Below are positions 1 through 11,672 of a DNA stretch of 64,000 nt, one piece after another. The DNA is from Vairimorpha necatrix (Eukaryota), in assembly GCA_036630325.1 (NCBI GenBank), contig CP142734.1, forward strand, positions 868,001-932,000. The letters run 5' to 3'. The notes beneath the pieces were generated by a model that saw only the letters and a program-made list of their open reading frames with translations, was not told the origin of the DNA and ran no database searches. Within the stretch, counting starts at the first letter, position 1, and every line of letters starts with the position of its first letter. Made by a program: the position numbers and the translations under genes.

Positions 1-149
1 ACTTAAATAATTAAGATAACAAAAAAAAAATTTTACGTAAAACATTATAATAATATTGTTATGTGAGTATAAATACATAGACGATTCAGATAAAAACGAC
101 CTATTTTTATACAGCGACTTGCTTTCGCGTTTTGAATTTTTTATCATTA

Positions 150-240
150 TATCTTGTCATGGGACAGCTCTCCAGTAATCCTACGCCTACCCTGGAGGCC
201 AGAAATAATAGTTTATAGATATTCTCTTCTTTTTTTTAAT
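150..240 (+). mobile_element. Short fragment of the APE-type LINE seen at 54.7-60.3 kb
   Basis: GGGACAGCTCTCCAGTAATCCTACGCCTACCCTGGAGGCCAGA aligns by eye with 55683 GGGACAGATCTCCAGTGATTCTAAGATGACCCTGGAGACCATA. Boundaries are approximate. Confidence 0.45.
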
Positions 241-1260
241 CATCTCTAGAAAAGCATGAAGAAATCTAATAAACCTTTTATAGTAAAGATTCTTCGAGGA
301 CTGTTAAACATAAAATAGTCCACATATCTATTATTGTTTTTTTCATTATGCTTATTTTGTTTGTTTTTTGTGCATCACAATTTTAGTGTCAATATTATAT
401 TTTAATTTCTGAGTACCTTTTTATTAAATGAAGGATTTGTCTGCTACTAAATTCATGATTTTTCTTAGCGTTATATTTTATTGCATTAAAATATGTTACT
501 TGGCTTTTTTTCTGCGTTGTTGTAGTCAGAATTATTTTAAATTTTGCTTTTCTCATGGTGTCTTGCTTGAGGGGTAAAAACAATGATATTAAATTTTGGA
601 AAAATTAAAATGTTATTTAGCAAGAAAAAGTTGGCGATTAATATCATACATTAAATATTAAATAAACTATATTTTAAGATTTTTTATTGTTTTTAATATC
701 TAAAAATATTTTCAGTTTTTTTTACATGTGTAAAATATTACTTTTTAAGATTATTCTTTTTTTACATATATTGGTTTTATTAAAAAATCAGAATATTGAG
801 AACTTGACAGCCCATACAAAATATTTGACATCATATTAAACACATCTTTGTTTAAAGTTAAAAAATCAGCTAAATTAGCATAAAAAACAAATAAACATTT
901 AAAAACAAACATGGAAAAATTTTGTCTAGCTTTTGGTTTTGCGGCAATATAAATATTTGTAATTTCCCCACTCATTTTGACATAAAAATTTATTCAAATC
1001 AAAATTTTGTTTGTTATTAATCAAATTTTTAATAAAAATTGACATACTTCAAATTTCGAAAATTAATTTAGATATAATGATTACAAAAATTAGATAAGAT
1101 TAATTTAATTTTTTTTTTAAGTTTAATTTGCAGTTTGACAACTCTCTATTATTAGTTACATAGTACATCATATTAAAATCGATTCTTTTTGTCACGCATT
1201 GTTCAAAATTTATTTTTTTAATTTGTTTTGTATAAAAAAAAATTCTATTATCCCCCATTA

Positions 1261-2481
1261 ATGAATCAATTTTTTTTATTTTTATTCATCAACACATGTA
1301 TAAATACAGTTTCCATATGCATTAATAGTAAAAAGGATGAGAATATCTTGTACTTGGAAACGGACGAGGATGTAATAAAGACGCCTTCTTGTTCTTTTTT
1401 GTTATTGGAATATGAAACATTGAAAGATACAGAAAATTCTAACTGTTACAAGTTCATATCATGTGATGAAACTGATAATGAATACATCAATTCTGAATAC
1501 TATAAAAACAAAGCAAAAGAAGTACCCTTGGACTCAATAAATATAGTCGTTGATGTAAGGAAATTCATAAAAACATCATTTAATATAAATACACATAATA
1601 TATATAGGATAATAAAAAAGAATGCGATTGACAATGATAGTTATTGTTCAGATTATTTTCTTATGAACGATGATAAAAAATTTCATATAATTAATTTCTT
1701 TGCCCAATCGGTAATCAATGAACAGTTCGACGATTGTATTTTTGATGTACAAAAAAAAATGATCATTTTTGAAAATCATCTAAAAGAATTAAACTTTACA
1801 AAACAACAAGATCAATATCTCACAGAAGGTTACGCATACAATGTAAACATATTATCGGACGAATATACTGCAAAAAAAAAATTTGGAGGAGTTGAAAAAA
1901 AAATTTGTACTTGTAGTAAACAAAACAATAATAATGAATTTAAAAAAAAAGTATCATGGAAGAATAAAATAATTATAAATGGGCAAATATACGATCTACC
2001 GCGATACAAAAATCAAACAATAAATACTGAAGAACACCAGAAAAGACCTAAAGACATCGATCAAATAACTATTAAACATCAATATATGACTCAACTCTAT
2101 CCCGGAAACAAAAATACAGAACCAATCTACGAAAACATTAACGTGGAAAGTAATCGAAATCAAGCGAAATTAATTTATTGCGAAACAGACCAAAACATTA
2201 ATGAGAAAAATAACAGAAACACAAATGAACATAATTATTATAAAATGGAAAAGAACAAAAATAATATAGGTAATGAAATAAAAAATGAAGCATATAATGA
2301 GCAAAAAACAACGTCGGAACAGGAAACTTATATGCATAAGTACGTTCAACCCTCTGAAAATTTTTATGAAGACGGGGCTAAAAAATCTTGTTCTTTAAGT
2401 GGTTGTTTTGGAGGGAAGAAACTATTTAGTAATAAGAAAGCTATTTTAGATTATGATGGCGTTTATAAAAAAATTGAATGA
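1261..2481 (+). CDS. Lineage-specific, probably secreted protein with Tyr-motif-rich low-complexity tail; paralogue of 10402-11367
   Basis: Long ORF. ATG at 1261 follows CCCCCATTA, so it is the likely start rather than 1228. The N-terminus MNQFFLFLFINTCINTVSIC is hydrophobic. The N-terminal ~150 aa align with the 10402 ORF. Confidence 0.8.
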   Translation: MNQFFLFLFINTCINTVSICINSKKDENILYLETDEDVIKTPSCSFLLLEYETLKDTENSNCYKFISCDETDNEYINSEYYKNKAKEVPLDSINIVVDVRKFIKTSFNINTHNIYRIIKKNAIDNDSYCSDYFLMNDDKKFHIINFFAQSVINEQFDDCIFDVQKKMIIFENHLKELNFTKQQDQYLTEGYAYNVNILSDEYTAKKKFGGVEKKICTCSKQNNNNEFKKKVSWKNKIIINGQIYDLPRYKNQTINTEEHQKRPKDIDQITIKHQYMTQLYPGNKNTEPIYENINVESNRNQAKLIYCETDQNINEKNNRNTNEHNYYKMEKNKNNIGNEIKNEAYNEQKTTSEQETYMHKYVQPSENFYEDGAKKSCSLSGCFGGKKLFSNKKAILDYDGVYKKIE

Positions 2482-2878
2482 TTAAGATGTAATTATAAGA
2501 GAAACAATGAAAAAACGTTCCCAAAAAGTTTTATCATCTCCTGAAAGATTAAAATTCTCTTAATAAAAAACATAATTTTATAATCTATATTTAGTAATTG
2601 ATCAAAAAAAATTATATACCATATATTTTTTAGTTATATGGGTGTCTTTTATTTTGCCAAGGCAGTTTAGTTGATAAGTGTATGTAATATAATGATTCAA
2701 TTACATTTCTTATAGAACAAAAAAAAATATATCTAAATTTAAATATAGAAATGGTATGATCATAATTTGATCTTGATTAACACAGTAAATTTCATTTGAT
2801 TTAGTGTTTTGAAATATCGTATTTATTGTGTGTTTCTTCTTAAACTGGTCAAGAATCAAGCCACCTATTTATTGTCGC

Positions 2879-4617
2879 TGTTCGGAGCGATATCAAGGAA
2901 AATGCTTACTTTAGAATAGAAAAAAAATTTTACGGAGTGATGTTTCCTTAAAAATGCTTACTTTATATGATTAAAAAATATTGCAGAAAAAGATCGTTGG
3001 TATTAATTTAAAAGTTGTATGTTTAAATTTTTTTAATTTTAAGGGCATAAAAATAAAATTTAATAACAACAAAAGACAAGAAGTTTTTGTCTTTTTACAG
3101 AATGGTATTGTTTGGGGTGAAGTTAGTATTAAACAATAATAAGAATGTTTTAGAGCAAAATCAAGAAAATTTATTCATTTTGTGGATGTAATTAATGGTA
3201 TCACGGATCTCAGGGTGGGATTTAAAGTAAGTCTATATAGATCATTAAGATTCTTTCCACCAACGAGAGACGCTTCAAAATTGATCCACGTCTAAAATAG
3301 GCATGCGGGACGTGATAGATTGTTTTCATTTTTGCAAACAAAAGTCTTTGGCGCAACCCAAAAAGATATTCAGAGAGTTTTGAATAGCTGTGATATATGC
3401 CGAGCAAAAAGAAAGTTGGTAACTATATTAGTTATTAGACCATTGTTACAAAATATCCAAAAAAATATTTGTTGCTGACTTGATTATATTCCGAATATAT
3501 CTCGAACAAATGAAGCATATGAATGGTTATTTAGTATTGTAGATTCTTGCGCAAAATTTTTCGCACGGTAACACCGCTTTGATAAAACAAGTATTAGTGT
3601 ATGGAATGCTTTTTAAACATTATTTAGAACGTTTGGCTCTTGTTTAATACTTCATACTGATAACGGCAGAGAATTTGTAAATTAAGAACTCGTCGTTTTA
3701 TTTTAGAAATATGAAATATGATGTGTAAGGGGAGAGTTAGATGTCCATGGATACAAGAAATGATAGAATGATGCAATCGAACAAAAAGTGGATGTTTCAT
3801 GTACTCTTAGAACAAAAAATATTTTGAATCAATGGACCAGGGTATTAAAAGAAGTTACCTAGTCATATTATAATTAAACACACTCTACTACCAGACAAAC
3901 ACCATTTTCGTTAATGTTTGGTAGACTCAACGGGACATAATAGACAAGTCTCGACCACGGTATTCTATATTTGATTAATAGCGAAAATCTCTAATAAGAA
4001 TATAAGGACGAGGAACGAGCTGAAGAAAGTTTATCAGATGTTCTAGATTGTAATACTAATAAAGAAATTGCTCCTATATGCATGCAATGAATAGCACAAA
4101 CCTTATTTTTAATGAAGATTATCATGGAACAGCTAGAATTCATACACAAACTGCTACAGATAGAATGATATATGAAGTATGTTGAGAAATGATTTCTTAG
4201 AGTATAGATAGAAAATAGAGTTCTTATAAGAGCTTATTTGGTCATTAACGTTAATACTAAAGACATTATCTTCTTGAACATTTAGATGAAGAAGTCTATG
4301 TTGTAATAGACATAATACAAAATTTAATAAAGTGAAAACATACAGAAGATGATAATGAAATTATTATAGAAGAAATAAGAACAAAAAAGATTAAGTTTGC
4401 TTGGTGATAAAAAAAAGTACTAATTTTTTTTTATAATTTATTTTCTTCCTTTTTATTTTCCCTAAAATTATAAAAATAAAATGCAAACATACCACCAAAA
4501 TCTAGATATAATTTCGACATCCATCAAAGACGATTATTTATTTGTTCTTTTTTTTTCTGGTCCGCCTCTCATCGAAGAGTTTTATTGATTTTTTAACCTT
4601 GGATATCGCTCCGAACA
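2879..4617 (+). mobile_element. Degenerate Ginger/Tdd-like DNA transposon (Gypsy-like integrase with TIRs)
   Basis: TIRs TGTTCGGAGCGATATC(A/CA)AGG at 2879 and the inverse at 4597-4617 give TGT...ACA termini. Broken + strand frames encode an H2C2 zinc domain (IHV*NRHAGRDRL...CDIC), VADLI and LHTDNGREFVN. There is no RT and no visible TSD. Confidence 0.75.
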
Positions 4618-5517
4618 ATTACATTTATTATTCATAGTTTAGTGTCTGTCCTTGTAATGACAGACTAAGTAGGGAATATACGAAGTATAAACTTTATTCA
4701 TCTAAATATTATAACGTCTTGAATTTTTTATTTTACGAAATAATTTCGACATCTTTATTAAGATTATAAATTCAATAAAGTCAAATCATGCCATTAAATT
4801 ATAATTTTCAATTGTGCGTGTTTTAAAAATTTACTTATATCTCACTTATTTACATTTTTAAATTTACTGCTATATCTCATACGTTTGTTTGGTTTTTTTG
4901 CGCTGAACCTTTGCTGCTAAACTTCTATATTTCCACTTTTTGAGTTATTCAACGATGTCACAATTTTTTATCAATATTTTTATTCGTTTCTCATCTATTT
5001 AATCAAATTTAGTCTGTTTTGTCTAATATTATATTTCATTAAACAAATAATTTCTTGTGTAAATGTATTTTCTACACAATCTCAAGCATTATAAGTATTT
5101 TTATTTTCTCTAAAAAACAAATCTTACTTTATTCTGATTTCTTTTTCTCATATTGTACATTTAGACAAAAAATTTTTTAGTGTTATTAGTTTTAAACTCC
5201 TTATTTTATTAATTACTTGATGCAAATAAAAACAAAAAAAAAGTCATATTAATTAATCAATTTGTAATTATGGTGTAAACACCCGATATTTTTATTCTTC
5301 CTATACCTTAAAGGTAATAATAAAGGTTTAACTCGTAACAACTTGAAAAAAAACATGGTATAATTTTGGCAACAATTGAAAAAGATTTATGACAATTAAA
5401 ATCGGTCTTAATTCATCTAATAACATATAGTTTTATATTTTATAAAACATAAGTTAGTTCAAATGGCAAAACAAAATAAACATACAATATAATTGTTTTT
5501 TTTGATTTTTTATGACT

Positions 5518-7530
5518 TGTAGGGGTTAGAACCCCTTGTAAATAAATGGTTAACATAGCGAACACATGGATGAACGGGGAAGCAAGAGAGTTCCGTAGTC
5601 AAGAGGCTAGAACATTAGAGAAAGAGGCAATTAGAATAAAAAAGAGATTAATGTTGGTATCTAAGGTTTTAAAAAATTGAGTGGAAAAATGTTATGGATT
5701 TTGCCTTCTTCTATTTACAGGATTATATTTTTGTGACGAAAGGAGAGCTGGGAAGAAATTTATGGAGTCTTACAAAGAACTGCAAGATTTTAGAGAGAGG
5801 TAGAAGAAAGACAAGTAATGTATAAAGAGATTGGAGATGGAGTGTATAAAGGGATTAGGGATGAAGTCTTTAACGAGATTAGGGATGAAAGAAAAGAGAA
5901 TCTTAAATTGTATAAGAAAAGAAGAAAAATCACAAAATGTTTTATATTTAAGAAAGCAGTCACTACGCTAGAGAATGTCATGAAAGTGCAGCTGGTCGAG
6001 AAAAGGAGAAAATCGAAAAGGAACTTGTTTTAGAGAAAGAACCTGTTGTCAAAGATGGAGGGAAAGGATTATAAAAATTAAATAAGTTAGAACAATTAAT
6101 TGACTAGTATCCTACAGTTTTTAAAGAATCAGAAGAAAAGATAAAATATCTCACATAGGGGAAGTGTAAATAAATACTAAACAAGGTGAAAAGGGGGCAG
6201 AACGTGTTATTCTACCTTAGGGAGTAATTTAAAATTACTTGATAAAGTTGAAAAAAGAGGGATTACAAGACGAACAGAAGTGCGTGGGGGTGTCCTATAA
6301 AAGCACTTTAAACCCCAAACAAGAATGTAAGATTAGTAAGTATTTTGAAAGCGTTTGACGATTTGGTTAAAAAGGACCCGTACGCTTGTCGTCAATTAGA
6401 CATATTATGAAGCCTCGCAGGTTTCGAAGGTATTTACAGTTATCGACTTAAGGTAAGGCTCTATCATATTGAGGAGCATCATAAGCACAAGACAGCATTT
6501 GAAGTGAATGTACGAGTATACAAATGGAATATATGATCATGGGGCTTGAGAATTCGCCTTAAATAATGTAGAGAGTTATGAACAAAATTTTAGACGAAAT
6601 CAGTGGTAAAGGCATAAGGTAAAGATGGATGATATAGTTGTTCATAGTAAAGACGTAAGAGTGCATGGCGAGTTACTAAGAGGATAAATAGAAAGTTTGA
6701 AGAGTTTGGGTTGTAAGTAAATCAACAAAAATACAATACAAAAAAGATAAGGTGATGTTGTTGGGAGTAATAATCATGGTGGGGCCATGGGACTGAATGA
6801 TACGAAAAAACAGGAGACACTAGAGTATAGAAAACCTGAGAATTTTAGATAGTTAAGAAGATTTTTAGTACTTACTGTTGGTTTAGAAACTTTATTGCTA
6901 TCTATGTGTATAGAACAGCAAGGCTTGCTGAGACTTTTAAGAAAGATGTTAAACGGAATTGGACGGAGGATATGGAAGGCGCTTCAAGTATATGAAGCAA
7001 GGCTTGAGGGATAATGAAAAGTTTAAGATTCTTAATGAAAAAAGCTATTTAGAGTAAGAATTGATGCGTATGATAAGGGGATAGAAGCAATTCTACTACA
7101 AGAAAATATAGAAGGGATGGATTCCTATCCTAGGGGGATCGAAAATGTTGACTCCTACATAGAGACGATATACGATAAGTTAGAAGAATATGTTGAAGGT
7201 GTGGAATAAAGAAGTTTTGAAGTGATTTGAGAGGAAAAAATTCCATTTGAATACGGAACATAAAGCGTTGGCAATGATCAGGAATAACCCGTACTTCAAC
7301 AATAACAGAATAAACAGATGAATAAAACAGATACAAGTATTTGTCAAAACAATAGAATATGTAAAAGAGAGTTGATGGCAGACGCAGATGCGTTGAGTAG
7401 ACAATATGATCAGGTAGAAGTTTTGGATAGACAGAAAGAAAAGGACAATAAGAGAAAAAAAAAGTAATTGAAAAACAAATATTAGGTAAAAAAATAAACA
7501 TATTTGTGATAAATAGGAAACATACAACAT
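5518..7530 (+). mobile_element. Decayed, 3'-truncated copy of mini-LTR Gypsy family 1
   Basis: 38-bp LTR at 5518-5555 (TGTAGGGGTTAGAACCCCTTGTAAATAAATGGTTAACA) followed by PBS-like TAGCGAACACA. It is colinear with the reverse complement of 11635-14709 through gag, RT and RNase H, with many stops and frameshifts. It ends before the integrase. Confidence 0.9.
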
Positions 7531-8554
7531 ACTTTATGAATAACCAATAAAAACTAAAACGGCGATGCTTTTTTCGTAACGATCAGTTATGGTCAGTTAT
7601 TATTGGTCAGACCTATATTATTTGCCTTAATTAGTTACTATGCAATAAAAATAAAGAAATTCCATGAACAACATGGTATATCGCTTTCACACTCAGAAAC
7701 ATTCATCCTTCTGTAACTCAGATAAGTCAAACTCTATTTATAACAATAAACAATCTATTTCTTCCATCTATCTTATTTCCGGATTTCACGGTACCCCAAC
7801 CCGTAGCATTATTGAATGCTTGCTTTCCACTAGCAAGCTCCCCGGTAAACAAGCCAAGATTTAAAATCCATTTTCGTTGATTTTCATTTTTTACACTAGT
7901 TAAATCCTTTTCAGGAGATTTTCTAACGATTTTTTGTTCTGTTTTCCCTTTTTACTGTAATGATAATTAGAAATTTAATAGTCGCTTATAATAGATTACA
8001 TGTAAATTTCTTTTCTTGTATATCAGATCTATTCTCGTCCATAGTTCTCGTGCTTCGTTTCTTTGACAGTATTTTAATAATTATAGATTTAATAGTAGAC
8101 CTCTAGCCTCAGTAATTAGAAACCTTTGGGCAAGCGTTAGTTCTTTGCAGTACGTAATGTCTTTACACCGTATATGCATATTGTGGGCGTTGTGTCAGAA
8201 GTTAAATTTTTTGTTTAAACACAAACCTTATCTGGGTTTAAGTCTTGACTATATATAAATAAGTTATAAATATGTGTATGTATTTGTTTATTAGATGTTT
8301 ATATTTACTGCGGACATCTTGAAAAATTATTTTATGAGGCTATTATTGGGTTTATATTATTCTTCAATTTACCTCCACTGCCGCGCACTCTATTTGGTCA
8401 CACCACCTTATAGTTACCTCTACTATGTTCTTGGTTCCAGACCCTATTTCGGCAAGGCCCCGACGGTGTTCAAAGGAGATGCTCTCAGTGTCTTCTTTAT
8501 GTTTTCATTTGGATGTAAGCCTCGGTACTAGTTGATGGCATTAATATATTTGCT

Positions 8555-9135
8555 GTGGTATTTTGTCGCACTTCGTCCCACGCCATGAAGTATGGTATTA
8601 TCTAATTTTGCATTTGTACGTTAGGCCCAATTCATTTGCTAAGATAACAACTTTCTGAATTTTAACTGTTCTACTTTTTGTAAATTATTCTGGGCACAGT
8701 TGTACAAACATCATCATTAAAATACAGGAGAAAAAAGATATTCTACAAAAATATATATAATTTTTCTGGTATAATATTCGGCTTATTAATTACTTTTCAC
8801 AAGATACGCTTACAGTCTCATCTGGCAGTTTCAGGACTTCCTTCTGAGATTCACTCATTGGGCTCTCGAAGGCCCCTTCCTGATCTGTATCAAGCCCATG
8901 TCTGGCTGACATAGTTAGGCTTTCTAAAGTCATTTTAAGGACTCTTGACTGTATATATGCTTCCGTTCTGGGTTCTAGTCTAAGCACTTTGATATGCGTA
9001 CGGTGAAAATTAGTTACTATTCCATCCCACGTCATCACATAAGGAATAATTTTCGGCTTGTATTTGTAGAGAGAAGCCACAAGATTTGCGAGCAAGTCGT
9101 ATTTATGTTTTTTTTCTGTTTCTACTGCATGGAGA
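8555..9135 (-). mobile_element. 3' fragments of an RLE-type (R4/NeSL-like) non-LTR retrotransposon
   Basis: Minus frame EKKHKYDLLANLVASLYKYKPKIIPYVMTWDGIVTNFHR is typical of the C-terminal restriction-like endonuclease region. A second, more degenerate copy of the same motif lies at about 8555-8700. Confidence 0.7.
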
Positions 9136-10401
9136 TTTCTACAAAAATAAAATTTTATTTTTTAAAGTAGGTTTATTTGCATCATAAAAAATTGTTATAC
9201 AAAAAATTACGACGCTAATTTTAGATTGAAAATTGACTGATTTGAATTTATCTTTAGAATAACATTATATTTATACAGCAAAAAAGTGTATTACGAATAT
9301 GATCAGCGACTAATAGTCTCGACGCGATTTATACCTAATATGAAATTCGATAATTAAACAGGCCAAGAACCTTGACGAAAAATGTAATATTTTATTCCTA
9401 TTTTTACTCGTACTTAAACTCATAATAAATAAATCCTGCATAACTGAACAATTTACATAATTTTAATAAACTTATGCAACATATCAATTTTTAAATCTTA
9501 TCTCAAGTTATGTGTTTTTTTAGTATAAACATTTGCGTTCATTGCTTTGGATTCAGAAAATATATTGTCCGAAACACAATAAATTGTATAATACCACAAT
9601 GAGAGCATTTTTTGTAAAAATTTAATCATTGATCGATAGCACCAAATGTGAAATGGCGGTATTATGTGAAACTTAAAAGCTTGATTCTATCTTACTTTGT
9701 AATATTTGTGTTCCCTTGAAGTATTTTATGTTTTTGTTCCTTATTCAAAGCTCCGATGTATGATCTTCTTTCATAGTATTTTCTTCACGGGGACGTATTT
9801 GTTTATATAATTGCTGAAGACACTAAAGAGAATTGACTTCTGTATAGCATTTGTCAAATAAATGTTTTAATGGGCTCTTATTACATAAATACATTGACCA
9901 AAGTTCTGTCAACATTCAACTTTTTTCTTACTCTTTTTATAGACTCGACATCAAATAACTTTCTTCCTTGCGGAGGAAATCTTAGTATGCATCTGGGATG
10001 CACTGACAAACTGTTTGTGAATTTTACGCATAATTTATAAAATCGTTAAAAATAATTTCCAAATATAGTAAATGGATCTTTAGTTTTAATTTTTATTAAT
10101 CAACAAATTTTCTGCATTTATATATTTTCACGTATGTTTTGGTTTTAAGTCATATTTATGCTGTAATGTAGAAATTTTTTAACAATTGACTATTATTTTA
10201 TACTTTAATTGAAATTACAATATGAAAAAGAACAGTTTTTAATTATTTTTTTATATGTTTGAATCAATCATTTTAAATCTAATACTTTCTTGTAAAGCCT
10301 CGATTGCATACTAAACTATCTGTGCTTTTATTCTATATACAAAAATTATTTTCATATTTTTATCTTAAAAATTTTAAGTACTATATTTTTTTACCCCTTT
10401 A

Positions 10402-11367
10402 ATGAGTTGTTATTTTTTATATTTTCTGGCTTATATGTGTCAAAATACATTTTCTTTGTTTACTCGTACAATATCAAAAAATGAAATAATTATATATTTG
10501 GGAATAAACCAAGATATGATGGAAAGTTCATTTTATTATTTCGAAATACTTGAATATGCGTCTATTGATCAAAATGAGAAATTAACAAAAAGATTAATAA
10601 ATATACAAAATTTTACTTCATATAATGATTTTGATCTTGAAAATATAAATCAAGAATATCTTAAATATGTTTCAGATGAAATTTCTTGCGAAAATAATAA
10701 AAGAAAATTTTTTGATTGCTTTGGTATTTTAAGGACATCAATATGTCTGAAAGAAAACAGTTTTTATAAAATAGTACTAAACAATTCCACGACTCTCGAA
10801 AGATCACGTATTTCTTCAGAAATATTCAATTTAAAATATGAAAATAAATTTTATAGCATAAAATATTCTTTGAATCTAAATTTCTTTAATAATATTGAAA
10901 TTTTAGAAGAGAACACAGAATATCATAAATCCCACGATGATTGCAGACAAAGAACAAGCGATTATAAAAATCAACATGTAGATAAAGATTGTAAAGCTTC
11001 TGAAGACTTAGGGAACTCTTTGTGTTATGCAAATCGAGCGTGTTCTGTTTCAGATTATTATCGGGTTGAAAATTGTAAAGAAAAAGGTCCAGTTGTAAAT
11101 AATTCTAAAGAGTCCTCAAAAAATGTCGAAAAGTTTTATTATGCCCCTTTTCATACCGTACCAAGAGATTATAAAGAAACATTTGATGTGTTTACAATTG
11201 AGAATCCTAAACAGTATGTTGAAATGCAATCTCAATATGTACAAATGTACAACAATAATGAGAAGAAAAGCAATTTGTATGAAAATATAAATGATAGGAC
11301 AGATAATGAAGAAAAAAATAGTAAAAGTGTATTTGCTACTATTCAGCAGCCGAAATACCACAAATAA
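10402..11367 (+). CDS. Lineage-specific, probably secreted protein with Tyr-motif tail; paralogue of 1261-2481
   Basis: 321-aa ORF with CCCCTTTA before the ATG and a hydrophobic N-terminus. Blocks IIYLGINQD/ILYLETDED, INQEY/INSEY and SEIF/SDYF are shared with the 1261 ORF. Confidence 0.8.
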   Translation: MSCYFLYFLAYMCQNTFSLFTRTISKNEIIIYLGINQDMMESSFYYFEILEYASIDQNEKLTKRLINIQNFTSYNDFDLENINQEYLKYVSDEISCENNKRKFFDCFGILRTSICLKENSFYKIVLNNSTTLERSRISSEIFNLKYENKFYSIKYSLNLNFFNNIEILEENTEYHKSHDDCRQRTSDYKNQHVDKDCKASEDLGNSLCYANRACSVSDYYRVENCKEKGPVVNNSKESSKNVEKFYYAPFHTVPRDYKETFDVFTIENPKQYVEMQSQYVQMYNNNEKKSNLYENINDRTDNEEKNSKSVFATIQQPKYHK

Positions 11368-11634
11368 ATCAAAATACCATATAATAAACGTAAAAAACAC
11401 CCTATTTTTTATCAACTGATTTTTTTAATATTTGTTTTCTTCAAATCTTCTCAGCTGTACAAGAGCTGAATAAAGGGGAAAAGTTATATAGTTTCTCTTA
11501 TAGTAGAAAAATATGGTGTCATGCTCATGTTTTCAAAAAGGATTTTTGACAAAGCCCCAATTTAAACATAAAAATTGTTTGTAAATAAAGATATATTTTG
11601 CGTTTTTATTTTGATATCTAACTCAAGCATATAA

Positions 11635-11672
11635 TGTTAACCATTTATTTATTAAGGGTTCTAAACCCTACA
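11635..11672 (-). repeat. 3' LTR (38 bp) of family 1 element
   Basis: TGTAGGGTTTAGAACCCTTAATAAATAAATGGTTAACA on the minus strand. It contains the ORF stop codon and AATAAA. Confidence 0.9.
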
